This document shows positions 12,371-24,466 of a DNA stretch of 64,000 nucleotides, one piece after another. A program made the position numbers and the translations under genes. The stretch is from Selaginella moellendorffii (lineage: Eukaryota; Plantae; Lycopodiophyta): the NCBI RefSeq assembly GCF_000143415.4, contig NW_003314313.1, positions 895,430 to 959,429 of the forward strand. The letters run 5' to 3'. Position 1 is the stretch's first letter. Each line of letters begins with the position of its first letter. The notes under the pieces were generated by a model that saw only the letters and a list, made by a program, of their open reading frames with translations, was not told where the DNA came from and searched no databases.

Positions 12371-14913
12371 CTAGACGGCCACTGGCTCGGGCCTCTTTGC
12401 ATGCTCTCCAACCTGGGTAAATGAAAAACGAAGATTGGATCACACGCTAAACAAAAACTTGAAGCCAGCGAACCTTGGCCGACTTGAATAACTCGTCCAA
12501 AACTTCCGAGAGGGTGGGATGCGCGTGGACGGCAAACTTGATCTCCTGGACGATTCAACCATGTAAGAAAAGAAGAGTGTGTGAGGGAATTATCACATAG
12601 CAAACCTGGACTCTAGTTCCCAAAGCCATGGCGTTGGAAGCCTCGTGGATGAGATCAGCTGCGTGTAAGCCAATTATGTGAACTCCCAAGATTTCCCCGG
12701 TATCTTGGCGATAAATAAGCTGCAGGAATCAAATCAATCAACCGTGTTACGACGAATTATTTTATTACCTTGGCCATTCCATCGCCTTCGTTCTCGGCCA
12801 GCGCCTTTGTGTTGGCCTTGAAACTCGTCTTCGCCACGCTCACCGTGAATCCTTGCTCTTTGCCCTTCTCCCTCGCTTGAGGCTGGAACGCATGAAGTAC
12901 ACTGCTTACAAAAAGCGAACTCCGAGAGAATGCGTATGTACCTCAGTCATGCCAGTCATGCTTATCTCTGGATGTGTGAAGCAAGCTGCTGGTATGCTTA
13001 AATGGTTTAGGACATTGTCGTTTCCAGCAAGTCTCTCAATAACTGCAAAAGAGACACGATCACGGTCACATCATACAAAACATGTTTCTCTCGAGATTAC
13101 CTGAAATGCCCTGAGCACTGGCAGCGTGAGCAAGCATCAGTTTGCCATTTGCATCGCCGATGCAGTACAAATGAGGTACCTAAAGCAAGACAAAAGTCAT
13201 GTATGTAACTTGTCAAACGAAGACAACCAACCAGTTCGCCTCTCCCATCTAGCACTTGCATTCGCTCGTCGACGGGAACAAATCCTCGTTGAGTTACAAC
13301 ATTAACCTGTCAAACAGTGCACAAGATGAATGGATGAAACACGAAAAATAAAAGTATTCACTTACATTTTCAAGGCCCAATCCTTTCGTAAATGGTGCCC
13401 TACCCGTTGCGATCATTGCTGCATCGACCTGAAGCAACCTCAGTCCTCAGTTATTAGTCGTTTGAGAGCTGAACAGTTACCTCAAGTGTCTCCTTGGGCT
13501 CCTTCGTCTTCGTGTCGACAAGTTCTATTAAAACTGGACGCCCGTCTTTAGCTGGAGTTATCTGCATACAGATAGTTGAACATACACATGCCAAGCAAAG
13601 ACGCAACAAAGCTACCTTCTTTGCGAGCACGCCAGTGTGGAAATCAATTTTTCGAGGATTGATCAGCAGCCTCTGAGCAAGCTTCCCGATTTCAGGATCA
13701 AAGCCTGGCATCAGTTGATCCAGAGCTTCCACAAAAGTCACCTGCACATCGCGTATTCTGTAGAAAAAGGAAAGAAGAAAAACTCGCAAACCTCGCTTCC
13801 AAGGGCAGTGTAGACGTCACTGAATTCCAAGCCAATGTAGCCACTTCCGACAATGGCAATCCAATCTGGTATCCATTCGAGCTTCAAAGCGTGGTCGCTC
13901 GTGAAAACGGTCTTGCCTGAGTGTAGTCAAGTAATAAATTCGTTTAGTGATCGATCTTAAAAGGAGTGAAACGCTCACCATCTATTTCAATCCCCGGTGG
14001 AACAAATGGAACTGATCCGGTAGCGATGATGATATCTTTGGCTGTGATAACTTTGTCAACATAGCCGATCTTGCCATACCTCACTTTTTGAGGTGCCTGT
14101 AGAAACACAAGCATTGTGAGAACCTTAAGATACGAAGAGTTGAAGATACTGACCACAACGCTGCCAACACCAGTCAAGATGTCCACTCCCAGAGCCTTCA
14201 TAGAATTCGTGAGGTTTGCACGGATTCTGGTGGCGAGATTGTTTGCGTGATCAGCGACGGCTTGTCTGTCATAGCCCGCCGCAGCAACCTACGGAAAAAA
14301 GCGAAAGAAGAAATTCACGTAGAGCTTCCTAGAACTCGATCCAATACCAGCTAGAACTTACTTGAATTCCAAGAGCTTTGAGGTGGTGCTCGCTCTGGAG
14401 CTCACGCATGCGTCCACTCACGGCCAGGAGCGCTTTGGAAGGAACGCACCCTCGATTCACACAAGTCCCTCCAACAATGTCTGCTTCGATGATGGCGGTC
14501 TTGAGCCCCTGGACGAAGAGAAAGAGATCTCTCGCAATTCACTTCTCTCCGAGGCTAGACGCGAAGAAAAAGAAGGAACTTACTTGCTCTACAGCGTGAA
14601 GAGCAGCGCCATGGCCGCCAACGCCAGCCCCGATGATGATCACGTCGTAATCGAAAGGCTGCGGCCCTCCATTGGACGACGAGGCGCGAGCAGCCATGGA
14701 TCGCCTGGCGCCGGATCTCGATCTCCTCGCTTGCAAGCTCTGGATCCATGGATCGGAAGCCCGGAGGCTCGCGATCTCCTTGCGAAGGCCACAGAATCCA
14801 GCGCGGCGGCCATGCGAAACCCTGGCACTGTAGGATTCCGAGCAGCAAGAAGAAGCGGCCATGGATTCCATGGCGCGCACGGCCATTGGAGCGGCAGCGG
14901 CAGCAGCAGCCAT
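12371..14913 (-). CDS. LPD: Plastid dihydrolipoamide dehydrogenase (E3), multi-exon
   Basis: Transit peptide, [68 protein letters not shown]; last exon [13 protein letters not shown]. Confidence 0.93.
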
Positions 14914-15660
14914 GGATCGAGCGAAAGAGAGGAAGCGCTGCGAGCGATGGCTGGGAAGAATCCGGGGCCTCTTTACATGCGAATGTGAGATCGCCTCTAA
15001 ACCACACAAATTTTTTTAGGCAGTCCGCTTAAACCCTTGCCCCTGTTCGTGGTAAAATTGGGCGGAGATCGCGACTGCCGAGATGCGGCATCCGGGAGAA
15101 CCGATGCTTGCCTGGAAATGTTTTACAACAAGGAAGAAAAGAAACAAAAAACACGCACACCATTTTGATTTTATTCTCCGGTCGCTCAACCACCAGGAAA
15201 TCTTCCAAGTTCCAACAGGAATGGAAGCTTCTTTCCGATTCCTCGCAGTACCGTGCGCGAGTTCTTCGACGATCGAATCGATCGAATCGCGAGGAATATT
15301 TCGATGATCGATGAGATAGAACCCTAAAAATCAAAATGATTTGGCGTTTCGGCTTGCGCCAAGGGTTCCCGACGGGGATGGAGGCGCCGCGATTCCTCGT
15401 CGTAAGTGTGTGAGATTTTGGATGCGCCCGCCAGGATTCTGGCTGGCGCCTCGAATCCTGGCAAGCTTTCCAGCAGTTTTTCCCTGGATTTTCGATTGAT
15501 TGATCGATTTCGTTAGAGGGATGGTTTTGACCTAGCTATAGTTTGGTTTTAATACGTAAGGCAGTTGTGCTAGCAGCACTAGATAACTGACTGCTTGCAT
15601 TGTTGGAGGAAAAATTGTTTTTTTGTGTGCTCGTAGCAGAGGATAGAATTTAGGAAGACA

Positions 15661-16905
15661 ATGGGGCATAGGAGGAAACAAGGAGAGGAGAGTTCTAGTG
15701 ATAGTAGCTTATCCACAGACACCTCAAAGTCTTTCGTTTCCTCGGGTTACTCCAGCCCCGATGCGAGGAGACGAAAAAAGAGGCGACGAGAGAAGCGCGT
15801 GAGTGAGAGTGAGACGGATTACTCCTCTTCCGACGACGAAGCCAGGCAAGTGTCTAGAGCTTTTGCTTTTGCTCGAGTGGTGTGTGTTATTGTTCTATCC
15901 CATTCCAAATGCTGCTGTGGCAGGAAGAGGGAGAGGAAGAAGCAGCGACGTAAACGAAGGCAAAAACGAGAGCACCACCGAGCGCACAGAGAAAAGAGTA
16001 GCGGCGAGAAGAAGAGGAGGAAAGAGAGGCATGAATCGAGGAGGCCGAAGAAGTCTCGCAAGCAGCACCATCACGAGACGGAGGATGACGAGGAGCACGG
16101 ATCAAACAAGGCAGCTACGCAAGCCAAGCTCCAGGTAATTTGATCTTGCGTTTCGTAGCGAGGTGTAAAAGGTTTCCTCTTTTCATTTTCGATGCAAAGG
16201 TGACGATGGAGGCACGAGAGCAAGAGAAAAATCTCATCTATCAAAACGCTCAGCTCGCAAAGGTAAATCAAAGTAAACTCTTATTTCTTTTGCAAGGACA
16301 AACTTTACATAGCCACTGACGAATAATGTGAGCAGGCCAGGCTCAATGGAGAGCTGCGAGAAGTTCAAGCCCAGCAAGCCAAAATGCAAGATATGTACGG
16401 AACAATCGACTGGAGGTAACTTCACAGAAGAAAAACCTTTCAGTGCTTGCTCTTGATTTTTTCGGTTGTCTCCAGAGCCCGGAAAAAACTGAGACTTGAG
16501 AAAAAGGTAAGTACGCATTGTGTTGCAAAACAAACCAAAATCTTCTCATTTCCAGAAACTAGAACGAAGTGTAGCCGCGGGTAAGAAGCTGGCACAGATT
16601 GAAGAGGAGGAGAGTGCTCGCATGGATGCCTTCCGCGTTGCGGTGAGCGCCTTGACTTCCCTCTTCTCTCGTCTTTGCGCTGCCAAAAAAAAAAAGTGTC
16701 GAGATTGGAGAGATGCGTTTAGGATTAATACATGTCGTTTGTGATGGTTGCATGGAAGCTGGGCTTGCCGACTGCTGAAGCCCAGCGTCAAGCCGAATGG
16801 AGGGCCGAAGCTACCCGCGCCTTGTCGTCACAACAAGAGCCTTCTCCTCCTACGCCCTCCAAGCCTCCCAAAAAAGCCATTATCGGGCCTCAACTTCCTC
16901 GTTGA
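15661..16905 (+). CDS. Ser/Arg/Lys-rich, probably nuclear protein of unknown function, multi-exon
   Basis: ATG 15661, basic low-complexity exons with short GT/GC-AG introns, C-terminal exon ending KKAIIGPQLPR*. Confidence 0.6.
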
Positions 16906-17608
16906 TTTGAAAAGGTTCGTTGCTCATTCTCACTCTTTTTTTTCATGGCTCATCTGAGTTTTCATCGCAGGTCGTCTCGTCCAACTGGAGGTAGAATTTG
17001 TTATCAGAGAGCAACAGCGAAACAGAGTGGTTGTCTTACCATCTTAAAGTTCCCCGGCACCGAGAAGCAGCGTTCCTCTAGAGCAAAGGATGTAACTGCT
17101 TGCTTGCTCCACAGGCTGAGATAAAATAACCACGATCTGTGCGGAAAATTCTTTCACCAGATAAATCTTCAATCATTCATCCATTCGCATTTAATCGCTT
17201 TTGTTCAATTGCTTTTGTTCGCACCAACAGAGAACTGCCACAAGGACCATACCAAGAAGGAAACTACAAGATTGCACCAACCTCGAGGCTATAGAGTCGT
17301 AGCCATGTCTTGGAACGCAGTATCACTCAAGAGGGCCCATGTAAAATTTGTCACTCGGTCTTAAAGGAGCACCAGGTTTTAGAGTTGCAGCAAAAGACTT
17401 TTCCCTGGCTTTTAAAAGCTGTAGTCTCGAAGTTGCGAGCTGCAAAAACGCGATCAAAAGAATCTAAATACATCCATACCTGGCAGAGTGCGTTTTGATT
17501 GTCTTAATAGCCATCGTCCACACTGCAAGGAAACGCTTCTCTCTGCTGCTTCCTTTGCCTCATTCCCTCCTCCTCCTCAAGGAGCTCAGCGTCTCAGAGT
17601 TCAGAGGT

Positions 17609-19156
17609 ATGGCTCTACAGACGACAGCAGCACTCCAGAAGTCCGAAATTAACGTCGAAGAGCTTTGCCTGGTTGCTCCTGCTCAAGCCACTGACGATCA
17701 GCCGCTCTACCTCTCCAATTACGATCAGCAAGTCCTGTTTAACCTCGAGTCTGTGTACTTCTATCCCCCGTCACCGCACAGGAGCGATGAGAATGTTGTC
17801 GACGTGCTACGAGCCGCACTGAGCAAACTTCTGGTCCCGTACCACTTCATGGCTGGAAGGCTGAGAATGAACGCCCGAGAGAAACGTGTCGAGGTAGATT
17901 GCAACCGAGCAGGAGCACTTTTCGTCGCAGCCACCACCAATGTCACACTCGCAGATCTTCAAGACGGCCCGACTTTGGTCAGTCTTCTCAAAGACTTCAT
18001 TCTGCACTCGCCCGCCTCGCACCAAGTTTCCGATGCCCCGCTTCTCACACTCCAGGTGCCTTCTTCTCTTGTATACTAAGCTTCTTGAGCTCATCAAATA
18101 GTGCTTCCTCAGGTGACCAAGTTCAAATGCGGAGGCTTTGTCGTTGGCATTTCGAGAAACCACGCTCTCGTTGGCGGGACTTCGGGGGACGACTTCCTTG
18201 CAAACTTAACCGCTGCTGCAAGAGGACAAGAGTTCCCAGTGAAGCCGGTAGCGGATAGGAGGCTGCTCAGAGCCAGAGATTTACCCAATCCCAGCTACGA
18301 GCACTTCGAGTATATGAAAGTTGACCAAGTACCCCAGGACAGCTACTTCACGACTCCCAATTCACTGTCTCAACTGAAGCTGAATGGTAACTTTGGAGCA
18401 CACTTTGGACTCTGGAAAACCTTCAATTTTCCCACCGAAGTGCTGAATTCTCTGAAGGCCCGAGCTCTAGCAGACGGTTTGCTGTCCAGGTGCACAACCT
18501 TCGAAGCGCTCGCCACCAAAGTCTGGCAAGCCCGAACCCAGGCTCTAAGCATGGATCCTGATCAAACTTCCAACTTGGTCTTTGTTGTCGACAGCCGAAA
18601 GGTACTGACTCCATCTCTTCCGGTAGGATTCACTGGCAACACCCTCAGCTTAGCCTGTGCCAGAATGCCACCTCGAGATCTAGCTGAGAAACCGTTCTCG
18701 GCCTGTGTCGAGGAAGTCCAAGTTGCCAAAGCCAGAATTACGGACGGCTACGTGAGGTCTGCAATAGACTGGCTGGAGCTGAATCACGCTGTCCCGGCTG
18801 TTAACAGTGGCATCTACCTTTCGTCCTGGGCGAATTTTTCCTTCCACAAAGTCGACTTTGGCTGGGGACCTCCCAGCCATACAATCTTCATCCCCGGCGA
18901 GAGAGGCAACAACTGCGTTATTTTCCTTCCCAGCAAGCAAGGCCTCGATGTCTGCCTCGCTCTAGAACCGCATCAAGCGTCGGCCTTCCAAAACTGCACA
19001 GGGAGTATCCTCAAATGGCCACCACCTCCCCGTTCCCGTGCCGAAAGCTATGCGACACAACAACGAGCTGGAACCGGTAACCAAGCACGTTACTACTCCA
19101 CTTCTAGTAATATCATAGGTGCCTTGAGAAAGAACTTAAAAAGATGGCGAATCTGA
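17609..19156 (+). CDS. BAHD acyltransferase (HHT/ASFT-like); intron 18056-18112
   Basis: LYLSNYDQ, LSKLLVPYHFMAGRL, QVTKFKCGGF, DFGWG; HxxxD motif reads HALVG. Confidence 0.9.
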
Positions 19157-19328
19157 AAGTCGCATGTGACAAAAAGCTGTGGAAAGGAAAAAGAATAATC
19201 CACTCACAACTATATGCTTTGAGGTAGCGCCAAAAGACCAGGACGGATTTTAATCGTATAGAATTCCCTGCAAACTGACATCCATAAGCCGGAGCACTGT
19301 AGGACATGGTCCAAAGATAAGCTACCGT

Positions 19329-20987
19329 CTAGACGGCAGCATCTGCATTCTCCAGCTCATCGAGCTCCCTCTGTTCGTCCCTTTGTTCCCGAACATCACT
19401 ATCAACCATTTGCCGAACTTGTCTGCGAGACGTTCTTCGATGTCTCTTTAGCTCAAGCATCGGTTCGGCCTGCTTAACTCCGGATTCTCTTACCTTGAAC
19501 CTGCAACCAGCCAAATTCCAGAGTTCAACATAACGAAAACCATCGAAAACAAATTTACCTCATGTCATTTTCTTGCTTTGTGCCAAAGACCGCTTTCTCG
19601 TGTTCTTCTCGTTTGTGAACTTCATTCCACAATGAAACGTAATACGGATATCTTTCCCAGTCACCACCCACTACACAGTCCGGTTCCGATATATGCTGGC
19701 AATCTGCAAATCCGCAGCTAAACTCGCTCTTCTCCAGGCGCGCCCGCACCTACAAAAACTCTTGCATCACGATAAGAAGAAGCTGAACAAAAATACCTCG
19801 GGGAAAAGCGATGCTAATGAGTTAATCGTCACCATTGACAAGCTGGGATAGCTGAAACCTGGAGTATCAGCGAGCATAGCCCCTCTAAATGGCAGATGCA
19901 AGAGAGAAACGTGCCGCGTCGTGTGTCGTCCGGATCCAGTTCGATACGACACCTCATTTACGCGAATGACTTCATCGTCAACTTCGTCTAGTGCCTGTAC
20001 ACGCGACAATTGAAGTTAGTATCAGGCGAACTTCGAAGGTATACAGACCTGGATGTCATCTGGTGGAAGGCAAGACTTTCCGCGTAGAAAGTTGATCAAG
20101 CTCGATTTTCCGACTCCACTTGGGCCAAAAACGACTGATGTTTTATCTTCGAGGAGAGGAGCCATGTCATGAAGCCCCATACCAGTCTCTACACTGCATA
20201 TGTATGGTTTATATCCCCACTCCGTCAGCCGCTTCTCCCAGCTATCTTTCATCTGAAAACTAAAAATGATCCTTCTATCAGCTTTGCAGAAGCGAAAAGA
20301 AAGAAATAAAACGGGTACCTCCTGAGTAACAAGATCCGCCTTGTTGAGCACCACTGCTAGAGGTATTCCAGTCGACTCGGCTTCGACTAAGAACCTATTC
20401 AGTATCACAGGATCCAAGCGCGGCCTATCGAGTGAGAACAGCACCAGTAACAAATCAACATTAGCCACTGGTGGATCCGAAGTCTCCGATCGTCTCTGTA
20501 GAACATCTTCAATCATCCCGCGTTTGTCTGTCCAGTCTATTCCAGAGACTAAAACACTATCACCGACCATGACTCTTCTCCTGATCTTCTTGAGAAGTGC
20601 TCTCACCACGCACAGAAGCTTAATCCCTGCTCTAAATCCCTCTTCTCGCAAGCCATCGTCGGGCGCTCCAGCTCGTTCCACCACGACAGTCATGAAATTC
20701 GCCTGCGCCGACGTTACCTGCCCGACTGCTCGATCCTCAGTTGAAAGACTGTCGAATCGCTTCACATCGGGCAATGTCGTTACATCACGCACCTGCTGAT
20801 TCCACTGGCGAGACACTTGCTTGGAATCGCCCCGCCGCTGCCGATCCCACTGCTTGTGGAGCTGCTTCCTGGCCGGGCCGTGCGCATTCTTCCTGCCGCA
20901 TCGCACCACCGGCAGCCGCTGTGTCACGAAGCCTAGACCTAGAACACACGACGAACGCCTCAAGGCGCCAATCTCCTTGAGCTCCAT
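19329..20987 (-). CDS. RsgA: Ribosome small subunit-dependent GTPase RsgA/YjeQ, organellar, multi-exon
   Basis: Circularly permuted GTPase motifs NKADL, GPSGVGKSS, GRHTT, DTPGF, Zn motif CGFADCQHISEPDC. Confidence 0.92.
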
Positions 20988-21122
20988 TGCTCAAGAACCC
21001 TAAAAACAGAGCGCTTCTTTACCCTAAACTATTTTCTTTTTGGGCGCCAAAATCAAAAGTAAAGGGGGGATTGGTGCCCTAAAATCAAAGTTTTAGGGTT
21101 TTTGGGCCCGAGGGAGGGAAAA

Positions 21123-22021
21123 ATGGAATGCGTTGTGCAAGGGATCATCGAGGCTCAGGTTTGTTCTTCGGTTCCAATCAAGCAATCGATCGATTGACAA
21201 TCGGCGCAGCACGTAGAAGCTCTGGATGTGCTGCTGCAAGGCCTGTGCGAGGGACAGCGCGAGGCTGTCAAAACCCACGAAATATGCCTCAAGAGTAAGC
21301 CCATTTCCTTTCTTTCACGGATGCTAGAGCTTTAGAATCTCTTGAAACAGGCACTGTGGCTTCGGAGCTCCATCTACTGTGTGATCTCTCCAAACGACCT
21401 CAAATTTGGTATGTTGTTCTTTCTCCGTGCAAGAAGTAAGAAGTAGACGTTACTCATTCTCAGTTTCTTTGTTTTCTTCCTTCCTCGAGGACTGTGAAGC
21501 ACATAGGAGGAGCAATGAGAGGCACTGGTGCCGAGCAGCTGCCCGCCTTGGTACGCAACATTGTGGAGTCCAAGATGAGCAACAATGCGCTTCGTTTCTT
21601 CTATGCCGTCGGCTACAAGATGGACTACGAGCTTCTCCGCGATGGTTTTGCGTACCGCTTCCAGAGAGCCTTCCCGATCACGGTCACGGTAACTTCAGTG
21701 TGTAGGCTTCCCAAGCAGCACTCGATCGACGAAGCGACACCCGTCACTCCAAACATCCAGCTCGTTGAGGTTACGGCTCCCGCTACCGCTGACAACTTTA
21801 GCGATGTCGTCCCGGCAATCTCCTCCTTTGCCGAGCACCTCTCCCCGTAAGCTTTCGTTTCTTCGTTTCCTTTTCCTTTTTTTGTTTTGTCATCGCTGAC
21901 AAATTTATCCAGGCTTGTGAATTTGTCCAAGCCTGGAAGTTTTGCAGGGATCGTTTCCACGGCCTCCACGGCGGCCGCGTCATTGCTTTCGCGAAGTGAC
22001 AGGCTTGAGCATCGCGTTTGA
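21123..22021 (+). CDS. MED18: Mediator subunit 18, multi-exon
   Basis: MECVVQGIIEAQ.HVEAL..LLQGLC, KHIGGAMRGTGAEQ, ALRFFYAVGYKMDYELLR, LVNLSKPG. Confidence 0.88.
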
Positions 22022-22154
22022 ATCATTGCAAAGATATTTGGTTATTATTAACTTTCCTCGCATACATACATATTGACATACATACACATACATATCGACG
22101 GTCCTAGCTATTTAAGTTGGCGTAGGGTAAGCTTTTCTTAGAGAGGAAGGAGCG

Positions 22155-24236
22155 ATGGACTTTTTGAGCCGGGATAAGCTCAAGGAGACGATCGAGCACA
22201 CGCAGCTCTTCATCGACGGCCAGTTCGTGGATTCGGCGTCAGGTTTGGAGCTTTTCGTGTTTCCTTGCGTTTCTTCTTCTTGGATCTTACATCTTCACAT
22301 TTTCAGGGAAGAAATTCGCGGCTTTCGACCCGAGTACTGGAGAAACGATCGCAGATGTTGCCGAAGGCGATGAGCGGGACGTGGATCTTGCCGTCCAAGC
22401 CGCTCGCAAGGCTTTCGAGGAGGGTCCATGGCCTCGTCTGGCCGGAGCTGTAAGTAGCATTTCTGGATGAGAGAAAGCTGATTTCTTTCGTGGTCTTTTT
22501 CTTTTTTGCTTTGCAGAAGAGGGGCAAGATCCTGGCCAAGCTTGCTGACTTGATGGAGGCCAAGATCATGGATCTTTCCACCTTGGAGACCCTCAACAAC
22601 GGGATGCCGCTACAGGCGACCATGTTCATGACGAATGCAGCCATCGACGTTCTACGATACTACGGAGGTATCATCGGCTCACTAACTTTGTTTTGCTCGT
22701 CTCTCCGTCCTTCCTCCGGTCTCCTTTTCCTAGTTCTTGGATTTTTCTTTCGAGTCCTGACAGTTCCTTGTAGGCTGGGCCGATAAGATCGCGGGAAAGA
22801 CTCTCAAAGGTGACGGGGATGTGCACGCCTACACGCTGTACGAGCCGATCGGCGTTGTGGGAGCTATCGTTCCCTGGAACTTCCCAGTATATCTTCTTGT
22901 GTGTAAGATTGCTCCAGCTCTCGTCTGCGGCAACACTATGGTTGTGAAACCTTCGGAACAAGCACCTCTTACTGCGCTGTGGATTGCGAAACTTGCGCTC
23001 GAGGTAAGGAAAAGATGGTATTCTGGGAGGCCCTGTTTTAACTTTGAGTTTGGTCCTGTTTTCTAGGCTGGAGTACCAGCCGGCGTGCTGAATATCGTTC
23101 CAGGATTCGGTCCCACAGCGGGAGCCGCGATTGCACGACACATGGACATCGATAAGGTACATAGCAAGTAGTTTTCCTTGGCTGTTTTCCAGGATCTCAT
23201 ACAACAATCTTTTGCAGTTGACCTTTACCGGATCGACCAACGTCGGAAGGCTTGTGATGAATGATGCCGCAAGCAGCAACCTGAAGCAGGTTACGCTGGA
23301 GCTGGGTGGGAAGTCACCCTTCATCATCTGCGAGGACGCAAACCTGGAGGTTGCTGCCTTCTTTTCACATCTGGCCATATTCTTCCACCAGGTAAGAACT
23401 CGCAACTGACATTACATGACTCATTGTTTACGCTTTTCAGGGACAAGTTTGTCTCGCGGGGTCCAGAGTGTTCGTCCACGAGAGCGTGTACGATGCCTTC
23501 GTTGAAAAGGCAGTGGCGATGGCCAAGCGGCGAGTTATTGGTGATCCGTTGAAGATCGAAGTCGAGCATGGCCCCCAGGTGTGTTTTATCTTTGTGATGA
23601 TGGTTCTGACGTATGTGCTCGTATGTGTTGCAGATCAACCAAGCTCAGGCTGACAAGATCTTGAGCTACATCGAAAGCGCTCACGCTGAAGGAGCTCGTC
23701 TCGTGACTGGAGGAAAGCGTATTGGTGACAAGGGATTTTACATCGAGCCGACCATTTTTGCTGACGTTACGGTAATATCTTTCTCTTGATTGTTTCAACC
23801 TCCTTGACTGACTCCTGACTTGTCTCTTCCTTTTACAGCAATCTATGACGATAGCGAAAGAGGAAATCTTCGGCCCTGTCCTCTCTGTGCTCAAGTTCAA
23901 GTAAGTCCCTACTTCTGTGAGTTTTTTTCTTGTTCATTCTTCTTTCTTCGTCATTCTTTTAGGACCCTGGACGAGGCTGTCAAGCTCGCCAACAGCACGA
24001 GCTATGGCCTGGCAGCGGCAATCTTCGCGAAGGACATCGACACGGTGAACTTCCTGTCGAGGTCGATCAAGTCGGGGATTGTCTTCGTCAACTCGTACTT
24101 CAGTGCTGGACCGGGAATCCCATTCGGAGGCTACAAGATGAGCGGAATCGGCCGGGAGAATGGATACGAGGGCCTCCTGCCATATCTCCAGACCAAGTCC
24201 GTGGTCATGCCACTGGCAAACTCGCCATGGCTTTGA
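22155..24236 (+). CDS. Aldehyde dehydrogenase family 2, no transit peptide (cytosolic ALDH2C-like), multi-exon
   Basis: [27 protein letters not shown], catalytic [29 protein letters not shown]. Confidence 0.92.
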
Positions 24237-24466
24237 GAGGGTGAGTACATTCATTTTGGTTTAGCTATCTTCATGTCACGTAAAAGTATGAATCTCTTTC
24301 CAGGAACTCTCAACTCAGAGCCGCTTAACAAAGCCTTCAGGCCTTTTTTTCTTCCATACCATGTGACCTCTTGCTTTCGACATTAATAAACCACCACAGA
24401 CTCTCGAGCGAGCTTTCTACATTGATGAGATGAGCGAAGGATTTACAGTGTTGTTTGGTCCCTTTC

